Below are positions 1 to 11,300 of a stretch of 49,466 nt of DNA, piece after piece (positions within the stretch are counted from its first letter, which is position 1; the number at the start of each line of letters is the position of its first letter). Both the position numbers and the translations under genes were made by a program. The notes beneath the pieces are model-generated. The model ran no database searches. It was not told where the DNA came from and was given only the letters and a program-made list of their open reading frames with translations. Source of the stretch: Toensbergia leucococca. Lineage: Eukaryota. The stretch lies in contig JALDZS010000174.1 in assembly GCA_022813965.1 (NCBI GenBank), forward strand, positions 1 to 49,466. Direction: 5' to 3'.

Positions 1-1185
1 ATGACTCGGAAGGGGTCAAGTCGTACATGTCGAAACATGACCTGTACGCCGATGCTCTGGAGCTCTATCGCTATCGAGAAGACGACCTGTTGGGAATCAT
101 GCAGCTTTACGCTGAATACCTACAACGAGAATCAAAATACAAAGACGCTGGCATTAGTAAAATTCCCTTCAGTCAGACCATAAGAATTCTACTCACCGTC
201 CACAGCCTTCGAATACCTTGCCAACTATTCCTCCGCATCCGAATGCTACCGCCTCGCTCACTGCTGGAAAGAAGCCCTCCTCACCGCCAACCTAGTTCCC
301 CTCCCAAGCACCCAACTCCACTCCCTTGCCCTCACCCTCGCAGACAACCTCCTCCAATCCAAAGATTATTTCTCCGCCGCCACAATCCACCTCGACTATC
401 TCTCCGATATTCCAAATGCTACCCGCCTCTTCTGCAAAGGCTACTTCTTCACGGACGCCCTTCGAACAGCCACCTTGCACCAACGCCCGGACCTCCTCGA
501 ATCCGTCATCGACGCCGGCCTGATCGAAGGCATGGCCTCCATGACCGAGCTCCTCGCCGAATGCAAAAGCCAGCTCAACGCCCAGATCCCACGGATCCGC
601 GAACTGCGCACCAAAAAATCCGAAGATCCGCTGGGGTTCTTTGACGGCGACGTCAATAACGGGGCGGATATCCCAGATAATGTTTCCCTGGCTGCGACGG
701 ATGCGTCGACGGCTGGGGGTGGGTCGTTATTCACGCGGTATACGAATCGCACCGGGACGGTGGGGACGGGGGTGACGAGGCGGACGTCGAAGAATCGGCG
801 CCGGGAGGAGAGGAAGAGGGCGAGGGGGAAGAAGGGGAGTGTGTATGAGGAGGAGTATTTGGTGAATAGTGTTGGAAGGTTGGTGGAGAGGGTGGGGTGT
901 GTTGGGGAAGAGGTCGGGAGGTTGGTGGAGGGGTTGGTGCGGAGGAGGATGAGGGAGAGGGCGAGGGCGGTGCAGGGGGCTATGGAGGAGGTGGTGAGGA
1001 TGTGTAGGGGGTGCGTAAGTGAGGTTTTTCAAGGTGAGGGGAATGGAGTGGAGGCGGACGGGGAGGATGCTGCGGAGAGGCCGAAAGGGGGTGATGGGGT
1101 GTTGTGGGATAGTTTGGAGGGGCGGTCGAGGAGAGAGGCGCCGGTTGTCAAGGAGTTTGCAAAGCTCCATCTCCTGGGATCCTAG
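1..1185 (+). CDS. ELP1: Elongator complex protein 1 (IKI3/ELP1), 3' part; 5' end lies outside the window. Exons <1..156 and 206..1185
   Basis: Splicing intron 157..205 (GTAAAA...CTCAC...CAG) joins KHDLYADALELYRY...DAGI to TFEYLANY...CWKEAL and on to the 475..1185 frame. That frame holds the Elp1 C-terminal signature DIPDNVSLAATDAST...SLFTRYT...TSKNRRREERKRARGKKGSVYEEEYLVNS. Confidence 0.93.
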
Positions 1186-1284
1186 CCTTCTTTGAAGGGT
1201 CCTCGCAAAAGCTTTTCCACAAGTCTAACCAGCGCCATCTGCTCGTCTCGAGAAAAAAAATCAGGTCCCCATTCATTCAACTCG

Positions 1285-2542
1285 TCACTCCACCACCTCC
1301 CCCTCCTCATCAATCAAATGCTCCCCAACAACCACCGGCCCCTCCCCCACCCCCGTCAAAATAACCCGACCAACGCCCCCCCTCAAAACATCCACCACCC
1401 CACCCCCCAACCCCTGCACCGCCTCAACCTCCGGCCCCCACTCAAGCCCCCACCCCTCCTTCTCCCCCAAACACCCCTTAAACCACCCAGCAACCTCCTC
1501 CGTCCTCCCCTCCTCAAAATAAACCACCGCATTCGGCCCCGCATCAAACGTATACGCCGCCACCACCCTCCCCCCAGCCGCCGCATTGATCGTCTCCACC
1601 GCCCGAATCGCCGCCCGACTCACATCGTTCAGGTAAAAGATCGGCGGTTCCGTATCCAGACACGTGGCATGGAAGGAATTACTCTCGCGCATGGTTAGGG
1701 TGCCAAAAGTCTCAAAATCCCGCTGCCGGATCGCGCGCTCCATCTCCCTCATCCGCGCCGGCACCACCACCTCCGCCCGCGTGCGGAACAGACTCGATGT
1801 CGCCACCGTCGTTTGCATGCCGGCGGTGCTGCTGACGCCCTTTTTTTCCGCGCTGACGACCAGGATCAGCGCGCGCAGCTCGGGCCAGTGCGCACGGTGC
1901 GCGACGGTGCGGGCGCTGCTGTCGCTGCCGTCGGGGAGGGTGCCGGCGTCCCAGGCGACGTAGCCGCCGAGCAGGCTGCGGCAGGCGGAGCCGGAGCCCT
2001 GGCGCGCGATTCGGGAGAGGGTTGTGGGGGATTGGGGGAGGGAGTAGAGGGTTGCGATTGCGTGGACGAGGGCGGCGAAGCCGGCGGCGGAGGAGGCGAG
2101 GCCGGCGGCTGTGGGGAAGTTGTTTGTTGAGGCTAGGCGGAGGGGGTAGGTTGAGAGGGGGGGGAGGGTCGGGTCGGCTGTTTCGAGGGTGTGGCGGAGG
2201 GCGCGGAGGGCGGTTAGGCAGGCTAGGGAGCGTGGGGTTGTGAGGGGGGTTGGGGGCGTGTTGTTTAGGGTTAGGGTGTCTGGCGGGGAGTAGCTTGGGG
2301 AGCAGGTTGCTGTTGTGTGGGTGCGGAGGGAGGATTGGGAGAGGGTTACGCTGAGGGAGGAGTTGGTTGGGAGGTTTAGGCTTGGGTCGCGCTTGCCCCA
2401 GTATCTGTCAGACGGTTTTTTTTGGTCAGTGATGGGGGTTTTTGGGGGGTGGATGTTGCGGAAGAGGGGCAGGGCACTTTATGACTGCTATGTTTACGGG
2501 AGCGGTGGTGCTGGCGCGGTAGATCTTCTTGTCCGAAGCCAT
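1285..2542 (-). CDS. MVD1: Diphosphomevalonate decarboxylase. Exons 2542..2478 and 2404..1285
   Basis: N-terminus MASDKKIYRASTTAPVNIAVIK|YWGKRD...LPTNSSLSVTL is joined across intron 2405..2477. Also present: the GHMP motif NNFPTAAGLASSAAGFAAL, ARQGSGSACRSL, and the C-terminal SNSFHATCLDT.PPIFY and AYTFDAGPNAV. Confidence 0.96.
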
Positions 2543-2759
2543 GGTGTTTATGGTGTCTCTTGATACAATCCTCGCAATTTGCAATCGGTGGTGGAGGAAA
2601 TGAGTGTGAAACGCTGACCGCCGCACTTTGGATTAAATAATATCCGGGCGCGGAAGTGGTCCGAGCTTCTCGCCGCGAGTCAATAAATCCCGCCGCCCTG
2701 GCCAAAAGTATAGCAACCTTCCCACTCCACATCAAACCTCACCCCCCATCCCGCCAATC
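2543..2759. promoter_or_regulatory. Compact (~217 bp) divergent intergenic region, probably a bidirectional promoter for MVD1 and the heme lyase gene
   Basis: Head-to-head start codons at 2542 (-) and 2760 (+). Promoter function is inferred from gene arrangement only. Confidence 0.6.
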
Positions 2760-3461
2760 ATGGCTTCCCAGGCTTCCGACAGCCCAACATGCCCCGTCGA
2801 TCCCGCCTCCCGCGCCGCCTGGCTCGAAAAAGCCAAAGAGACAACCACCCAGCAAACCGCAACCGCCCCCACCCCCAAACCCCCAACAACTCTCTCCACA
2901 ACCCGAGAAACAAGCTCCATCCCACGCGCCATCTCCCAGCCCCCAACCACAACAACCCCCTCCCCCACCTCCCTCCCAGCAACCCCTTCCTCCTCAGCAG
3001 ACCAAAACTGGATCTACCCTTCCCAGAAAATGTTCTTCGCAGCCATGCAGCGCAAGTCGCACTCGCCGCACGCCCCGGATATGGCTACTATCGTCCCCAT
3101 CCACAACGCTGTCAACGAGCGTGCGTGGGCGGAGATCAAAGCTTGGGAGGCGCGGTTTGTGTGGACGAGGGAGGCGAATCGGGGGTGTGGGGGCCCGCGG
3201 TTGAGGAGTTTTGCAGGGGATAGTGGGAAGATTAGTCCGAGGGCGAGGTGGAAGGGGTGGGTGGGGTATCAGGGGCCGTTTGATCGGCATGATTGGGTGG
3301 TTGAGAGATGTGGGGGTGGGGAGGTGGAGTATGTGATTGATTTTTACAAGGGAAAGGAGGAAGGGAAGGGGCTGAGCTTTTACTTGGATGTTCGGCCCAA
3401 GTTGAATAGTTGGGAGGGGTGGAAAATGCGGGTTTGGAGTATGCTGGGGATTGGAGGTTGA
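2760..3461 (+). CDS. CYT2: Holocytochrome c-type synthase, most likely cytochrome c1 heme lyase
   Basis: Intronless 233-aa ORF with the CPV heme-regulatory motif (TCPVDPASRAAWL), NWIYPSQKMFFAAMQRK, IVPIHNAVNERAWAEI, PFDRHDWVVERC, and YVIDFY...FYLDVRP. CYT2 rather than CYC3 is inferred from the N-terminal CPVD..SR.AWL pattern. Confidence 0.88.
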   Translation: MASQASDSPTCPVDPASRAAWLEKAKETTTQQTATAPTPKPPTTLSTTRETSSIPRAISQPPTTTTPSPTSLPATPSSSADQNWIYPSQKMFFAAMQRKSHSPHAPDMATIVPIHNAVNERAWAEIKAWEARFVWTREANRGCGGPRLRSFAGDSGKISPRARWKGWVGYQGPFDRHDWVVERCGGGEVEYVIDFYKGKEEGKGLSFYLDVRPKLNSWEGWKMRVWSMLGIGG

Positions 3462-3597
3462 TGTTGACCTTCCTTGTATATATTTGTGGAGTTTTTGGTA
3501 CATAAGGAACATTGGGAGTTTTGCTAGAAAGAGTGTTGTACAAAACGCCTTGTACGCCGTATAAGGATTCCCTACTCCAACGACCAATATCTGACGC

Positions 3598-4479
3598 TCA
3601 TAGCACTACGGCCAAAATGATAATTACCAAAACCACAGCTAGGATCAGTAAAAGGCAGCAGGCTTTGCTCCTTGCATTCTTCTGATACCGACTCGCACTT
3701 CTCAGCTCAATGTCCGCTTGCTGTGTATCTCCCGCCACACCAACAACCTTCACGTTGATATCATCAAGCTGAGCTCCCTGCTCATGAACCATATGTGCGA
3801 CGTCCCTGAAAAGCTCATTCAATTCCCCAACGCTTTGCTCGATATTCCGAATCTCGGATTCCCGCTCCACAATCAAGGAGTCCTGGAAGTCTACTTCATC
3901 CTGGGAAGCTAGGCGAAGCTGGTCCTGTTCTTGGACTTGTGATTGTTGCTGTGAGGGATTGTCCGAATATGCAGGGAGGTTTGAGGTATCGGTCGAGTCG
4001 ATAGCTGTGCGAGCGGCGGAAGCAGAGGCGCGTTCTTTCTCGAGAGCCAGTCGTTGAATAGTTTGGAATTCTGTGCCCGACGCCTGAAATTCGCGGGAGA
4101 GCTTTTGTTGGGTATATTTCTGAGACGCCTACATATCCCGATTATCAGTATTTTGTAACGAGTATGACGACTGCAGTCATACACTTAGATCCTCCCAAGT
4201 TGTCAGTTTCTTTACGCCATCGCCAACGTCCCGGAAGCCATCTCTTGCCTCTTCCAGTAGATCATGTACCCTCTCTCGGACTCTCTCGGTGTCTCGTTTC
4301 GTACCGAGGAGGTTGATTTGCTGGGATAAGCGGGCGATGTTGGAGGTGAGGGAGAATAGCTTCACAGACAAGTCTTCAGCAAAACGACTGAACTCGGGGT
4401 CGTCTCGATACTCTGGGTCCTCGCCCCGACGCATCGTTGTCGGCTGCGACTCTAGTAGTGATGAGCGTTCGTAAGACAT
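3598..4479 (-). CDS. PEP12: Endosomal/vacuolar Qa-SNARE syntaxin (Pep12/Vam3 type). Exons 4479..4183 and 4128..3598
   Basis: Habc region (LFSLTSNIARL...LGTKRDTERVRERV); intron 4129..4182 (GTATGA...TAG) restores the frame. SNARE motif ERESEIRNIEQSVGELNELFRDVAHMVHEQG and a C-terminal transmembrane anchor CCLLLILAVVLVIIILAVVL. Confidence 0.9.
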
Positions 4480-5347
4480 GTTGAATAGAAGAGAAAATCC
4501 TTATGGTGCAAAGGCTATTAAATGAAATTATTGACTGTTGGTTGCCTCAAGCACGACGTCGGCTGACGTACTGGCGCGACCTCACTGATTATTCTAATTG
4601 CCGCGCGCCTGATTTGTTGAACCTCACTATCAAAGTGCTCAAGAAAGGGATGGCAAAACCTCAAAACCAAAGTAATTTCAAACTCTCAGAATGATTCTGT
4701 AGATTCTGGGGCTCGAGCCCATCACCTCACAAAAGCGAAATAGCAACCACCCGATCATAATGAGACGCATGCAGTTCCGTACACACCAGACGACCGCTTA
4801 TAAATGAGAAACAAGAACATAACCCTTACCTTCTGACTCCCAATGTCAATACATTTGAAGCAGCATCTCATCCCATCGTCTAGAAGCACTACATCTATAT
4901 CTGTGATACGTACATCACCTCGAAGCCTAATTACTGCTACAGAAGACGCTACTCTTTGGCCTTGAGAATGACATTTCGAGTAGCAATCTTCAATTATACT
5001 AATATAATTTCATAAGTTTCTGTTTCCGCTAATCTTGATGCTTTGCTCTCTAAGTTACGGTTCTTTCTCTCGAAGCGTTCATCGTCTTCGTCTTTGTTGT
5101 CTCCTCATTACTCACCACATACCCACTCACTTGGTCTAGTCTCATATATTGTTGCAAATCCGAGCATCCTTTCGTGAACCCTTTTGATAGCTATGAGCGA
5201 ATTCTGTATTCACATGCCATTTCGTACGATATTAAGGGCGGTATTAGAATATCTATCAAATCTCCATAGTATCTAATATCTAAAGCATACATACATACTC
5301 CGAGACCCTGGCCAGCAAAACGAAAACTCACGTCCCCATCATCAGAG

Positions 5348-8300
5348 TCATACCTTATCGAAATCAGCCACGAGTTTAGGATTCAGGATTATAAAACTCG
5401 CGCAATGGTTAACAAGCCGAGATGCCCTAGCCTCTTCCGCAGCTTTCTTTACCTCCTTCACATTGTCCGGTCGGACATAGTCTTTCGAATTACACATCAA
5501 GAAATCCTCTGCCAAGCTGTGCAAACGAGGAATCATCCACCGATCCGCGCCCCGAAGCAGGTCTAGCATGACATCCAATTTCTCAGCTATTTCATCGTTG
5601 TTGTCTTGTTCCTGGAGTTGAGGCCACTCAACATTTCCCGTGTACACATAGTCGACCATTTGAGAAAGTGTCAGAAATCTCATTTCACCAACATGAATCT
5701 TGGCTTGACGCTCGAGAACACGGCCCCACTCCCCGGAAAATTGCTTTTCGCAGTACTCGGACACGGCCGCCATGCAAATTTTATGCGCATCCTTCTCGAT
5801 TCCTTCCGCTTCGAAAACCACATCTATTAATTGCCTCTGATCTCGCAACTTCCTCATTTGGGCCAAGGCTGAGATGATAGGGGTTTCGCTACTGTGCGAA
5901 GATGAAGGATTGGGTTCAATTTTTGGTTGTACGACAGACTGACAGCCCAGACCCTTGAGTAGTCTCTCGTAAGGAACAAGAAATTTTCTCGCGACTTTGA
6001 TCGGGAGTGGATCTACTGGAGAATTTAGGCAAAGAAGCTTGGCAGGCATTAGAGCTTGATCCAGGTCAGGGACAGAAATAATATCCACTTCTGTTGTATC
6101 AAGGTTGAACCAGATGTCTGCGTCACTGATGTTTGGAATGGATCTCGTGGCTTCTACGTTCTCTTGAAGAAACGAATAAGATGCTTGGATATCCTTGAGA
6201 TATTCTGGAATCTCGGAGCCCCCAATTTGTTTCCTTATCTGCACCAGATATCTGATGTGCTGTAACACCATTTTACTGGCGGGTCTGCCACTATTGGGGA
6301 GCGTTTCAAATACGAATGTAGTCGGACGAATGTGGAGAAACGGGGTCTGACTCCACAGGATGCGAACGTCCTTGATATTTCCAGATTGGTCAAGAGACTG
6401 ATGATCTTGCATGCTCGCGAGTTCGAGCATTCGTGGATGACGATAAAGACTCTGTTGGGATACATCTTGGTCCACACGAAACATGGGAATTTTGGCGATC
6501 TGAGTCCAAGTCAAGTTTGGCCACCTTCGAAAGGCTGGCTTATCCCAGCACAGATATCCCGCTACTTTTTCGGCGTCTTGACGAAATGCCTGAGTACACG
6601 TATTCAGTGTCCAGCGCCTCTTGATTGCAAGAGCACACTCTAGATAGTCTTGGCTGTTCATTACTTGATCCGAGTCTCTCGCTCTGAGCCCTAATGAGAG
6701 CCAGTATATCCGGTGAGAACGCAGTGTAGGAAGCAGGAATTGAGTTGTCGTTTCTTGTCGAAAGGCTGCTTTGAAGATCTCGTCGGCGTGGTCAAATAGT
6801 GATTCGGCTTTACAGAAGGTTCCAGCCCCGTTTGGTGCGATATCGATGCTAGGTCGTATTCGGTGCAATGAAAGCTCTAAGATAAGCCCGGAGTATGCGT
6901 CCGAGTTATTTCCGTCAAGGTTTTTCGGCTGATCTCGTGCAACGTACTGCCAGACTTCCTGAGCTGGCATTATATGAATGCCAAGTTTCTCAAGAAATTC
7001 TTTGTGCTTTTTGACGGTGTCTGGGGCTACAAAGTCTTCCAGATTTTTTACCCAAGGCAAGAGCATACGAGGACTTAGACAAAACCGAGCTACAGAAGCA
7101 GAAACACAATTTTGGAGCTTGGAAGACACTAATGGTTTATGGCGAGGCCACACCGGTAGAGCCCGTGCCACCGCTTTGAGTTCAGCATCGTCGGGAAAAG
7201 GAAAATCTTTCTGGCATAGGAAAAGCTCTGTTAGAGCCTAAAGATATGAATTAGTGGTAATCCTTCTGAAGGAAAACACGTTCTACGCAACTGACCTTCA
7301 CAGAGTCCGAACTCAATTTTTCACTCAGAGAGATCTCCAGTGGTCTGTTCTCGATCACCTTAATTCTTGCCAAAGCCTTCAGAAAGCATACAAACGATGG
7401 GCCTTTTGCAAGGTCGTCTTCAGCTTCACGCCAAATAGAAGGAAGACATTGGGGGTCGAGAAGGCCCAGACCAGTGATATCCTGACATAGTTTCAAATGG
7501 GTTTTCTTCTTCGGCTCGACAATACATGGTTGGTGTTCGATTTGTGAAGGCGTCAGGTAGGACCATTGGAGACCTGAGCAAATCCTACAGATAGAGTGTT
7601 CCATAAGACTGCAACTCGATAGAAAATCTACAGCACTCTTGGAAGGTGTGTTCGAACTGTGAATTATTCGCAGATTTGCGTTGAGATAATCCCAGAGCCG
7701 AGATAGCAATGCATCTCTTCTTGCCGTGACCTTCACCATTCTGGTTGGTGACCTGGAATCGGCCAACAATTTCCCAGCATCCGAAACCTGTAAAGGCCGC
7801 ACGTTGAATTGACCAGAATTAACGATTTCCTCAATTGGATTCCGACGATTTTTAGTTTCCGGAGTGTGTGACACTGCAGTGGGTGGTCGGAATATTTTGT
7901 CATTGACTAGAAGATGAGGGACAAAGTCAAATATTTGACGCTCTTCTTCTGTTGCGGTAAACATCCATTCAGTCTTGCTCTCGGTAGCTAGCGTCAGTAA
8001 TCCTAACGAACCATCAATCTTTGGTATGATTCTACACCCATTCAAAATATTCAAAAAGCATGGTCCGACGCCGGTCTGAGGTACTATAGCGCTAAGTAGA
8101 GCTTCAAGTGCCTCTATCCTGCTTTTATCAGATGTCATCGCAAGGAGAAACCCGTCAAGAATTTTACAATTAGTTTCTTCTTTGAAAAGCTGAGAAAGAT
8201 AAGTTGTGTTTAAGCAAACAGAATGCCGGGCTAGGAGCGCCGGTCTGATACTATCCCAGAGTCTCCATGGAGGTCGTACAAGACAAGGGCATACCTGATG

Positions 8301-11300
8301 GAATAACGGCCTGAGTATTCGAGAGGATGATTCTGACAGCAAGTCGAACTGAGCGGATCCTATGGAGGTAACAGTATGCAGTTTCCTAGTCTTACCGCCT
8401 GGTCGTCGTGCTAGAGAAGTCAGGGCTTTCTTTGATGTTTCTATTTCAATGATTGGGTATATTTGATCTGACCCATGCTTTTCTTCCAACAACTTCTTCC
8501 AGAAAGCATCACTCACGATGGTCGACAAATTACTTCGGAATTCTGTGTTGCTCCTAGTTGGCCAGAAGTCAAAGCTTGATGCACCCAGCTTTGGGCCTAA
8601 GACCTTGAGGAATTCCAAGTAGAACCCCGGAATACAGTCTGTCAAAAGCCAGAGGTTCCATTTGGCGAGTATCGGATCCCCTTTAACGTCCTGGAACGGA
8701 ATGGACTGACGGTCACCAGTTATTGCGAAACTCGCATGAAACGAGATAGGAAGTTCGGAATCGAAGGCTGTTGGTAATTTGCAGAAGACTTTATGACGGA
8801 CTTTATGAGGAATGTGATTGTGCCAGATGCAGGCGGCGACGCCGATTTCTGTAACTTTTCCGGCCGCTCTTCCGGGGTTTTCCACATCAGCTGGCCGCTG
8901 GTCAAGATCTGTCATTCCGATAAGCCACGTCTCCTCTCTCGGTTCCTGAGTTTTGCGTGCATGGCGTAGTGTAATGTGTCGAAAAATGTCTTCTTCCGAT
9001 CCTTTGGAGCGGTCTGCTCTTACAGACCAAAGTGGTCCTTTACTACCACGAACGCTGCATTCTATGGAGGTAACGTTTCGCAAGAACAGGAGCGCCATAT
9101 GGGCACTCTCATAGTACTCCTCCAGCAGTTTAATGGTTACCGCAGAGTCAACGAGTTCCGAGGATTCCTTGAGGATGGTCGTATTAGATCTCCTGAATGG
9201 GAATCGAAATAATGTACCATCGTAATAATTGAGATTTTTGAAATAACCATACAGGCCATCGAATGGTACCAATTGATGAGGCCATCGGTGACTTATTGTT
9301 TCAAGAGAAATTTTGACTCCCACCTTTCGTTTCCAGTGTTTGTTCCTAGGCAGAAGCTCTTGTTGTGGATCCAGAATGAGAATGGAGCCACCAGATATGA
9401 TCATAGGCACGTCCGTGAAGTGGTACATTGTCAGAGCACCTCTACCAAACATCCCTGTAGTTGTGGTATCGTCGCCTTTGCCACCGTGTCCAATTTCCTT
9501 GAATCCTGCAAAATCTTTTTCCGAAAATACTGTAGTCAATAAATTAGCATTTTCGTCAATGAAATGTCTAAAATCAGTAATTTCAGAGCTTAATACTGGG
9601 GATTAGACTTAATTTGACAGCATCGTCCACTGAACCATGCTTCGAGGTTTGGTACGAACACATTTAGCAATTGTTACTCCACAGTGCTGTAGAACGGCAA
9701 TTCAGGTGTGGAAGGATATTAGGGCAACTAACCTCTATCGTTGTAAGCAAACAATGCCGAACCTTGGAATGGTTTCAAATCGGGGCTAAGCAGAGAGGAA
9801 GATTCATGTGGTCCGCTTTGACACTCGTCGACAATCCATCCCATACGTGTTGCATGACAGTCTTCAGCGTTTGCAAGGAATTCGTTGAAAGTACTAGCGA
9901 TGGAGTACCGCCCCAAGGTGTCCGAAATGACCGTGCTTAGCTTCTCTCGAGGAGTATACTCGTCCTCATCCTCGTCTTGAAAGTCAATTTCTAACCTAGT
10001 CGCTCGTGCCCCTGCATTTTCAAGTCCTAGTCGCTTGATGAGGTCGGACGATATCGCAGAATTAGTAAAGTTGAAGCCATCGACGTCGCCTACCAATATA
10101 TCGCCGTGAACAATATCCGGCAGTCTTCTTAATATGTTCTGTGTATCGGGGACCATCAGATCTGCAAGTTGATCTGTGTTGAATCCCCGACTAGCAAGCT
10201 CTAGCGAGGCAATGACAATGTGAAGATCAGAATCGTTGAGCGGACCTTGTTTGGCGCCTATCACTCGGTGGATACCTAGCAGATCATTAAGCGACGGCTC
10301 TTCACAGATGTTCAGTGCTTTCAAAAGTGCTGAATGCTGGCGAGCAAAGCGAATGTCAACTTCATCAAGATATGGAGCCAGGGAATGTGTAGTTAGATCA
10401 CTACCTGGATGGAATGCCTGTCCAGGAAGCAGATACTTCCCTCGGGAACCTAGGATGCAGGGTGTGGTTGATAGTTCGGAGTATTCGGCTTGTTGAAAGT
10501 GATTTTGCAGATAGACGAGTACTTGATCGATGTTAACATGCTCCTCTTTGGATAAGCAGCAATCCAGCTGGCGCAGGAGGACACGCTTCTCGATGCGGCA
10601 ATCCCATCCAAGGATTTTCTTCCAGTCGTCCCCGACAGAGAACTTCGCCGTTGGTAACACAAAATTAACGAGGTGGGTTTCATCAGCCCCTCGACATTCA
10701 TCAGGAGAAATTAGAGCGGTTTTAGGTTCGCCGACTAAGCATCCTGGGAGCCATTTAAGCCGTTGGATCTCAAGGACTGAGGATTGTGACGCAATCAAAT
10801 CTTTGTGTACAGGCAATTTTAGTAAGCATTCAACTTTTTCTTCAATACTGTTGATAGCTTTTCCACAGGTAGCGTAGACTCTGACACGCTCCAAGGGTGT
10901 GTCCCAATTAGGTCTCCGACGGATTCCGCATAGCTGCAAAGCTTCTTTATGTCGATGGAAAAACTCTTTACAAGGAAATACGCTCTCGTCTTTAAAATAG
11001 AGACTGGGCAAGATAGAACCCGAAGGATCGACCAGTCTCAGAAGAGATTCATATCGTTTCGCAGTGCCATCGCCTAAGAACGGAAGCGGTACAATAGATT
11101 TACTATTAACTTGTGCTATCCAAGTGCTGGACGGCCTCCGCGAATTGCTAAATATGAACTCAACGAGCGCATATTTGGAGGCGGCGGAACTGCTGTCTCT
11201 CGCAGAATCTATCCATGGCAGCAAGTGAGCTATTAGCAGCTCCTCGAGAGGCATAGCCTCAACGAGCTTGAAAGACTCGGTCATGTATTTCTCGCTCGAA

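Noticed and set aside
2265..2276. TTAGGGTTAGGG telomere-like repeat
   Set aside because: Lies within the MVD1 coding exon (ACC CTA ACC CTA = TLTL on the minus strand), so protein coding explains it.
292..3587. Many overlapping Pro/His-rich and Gly/Arg-rich ORFs (e.g. 727..1170, 1192..1698, 2656..3204, 2994..3587)
   Set aside because: Shadow frames of ELP1, MVD1 and CYT2 produced by the extreme C/G skew, which depletes stop codons; no family motifs.
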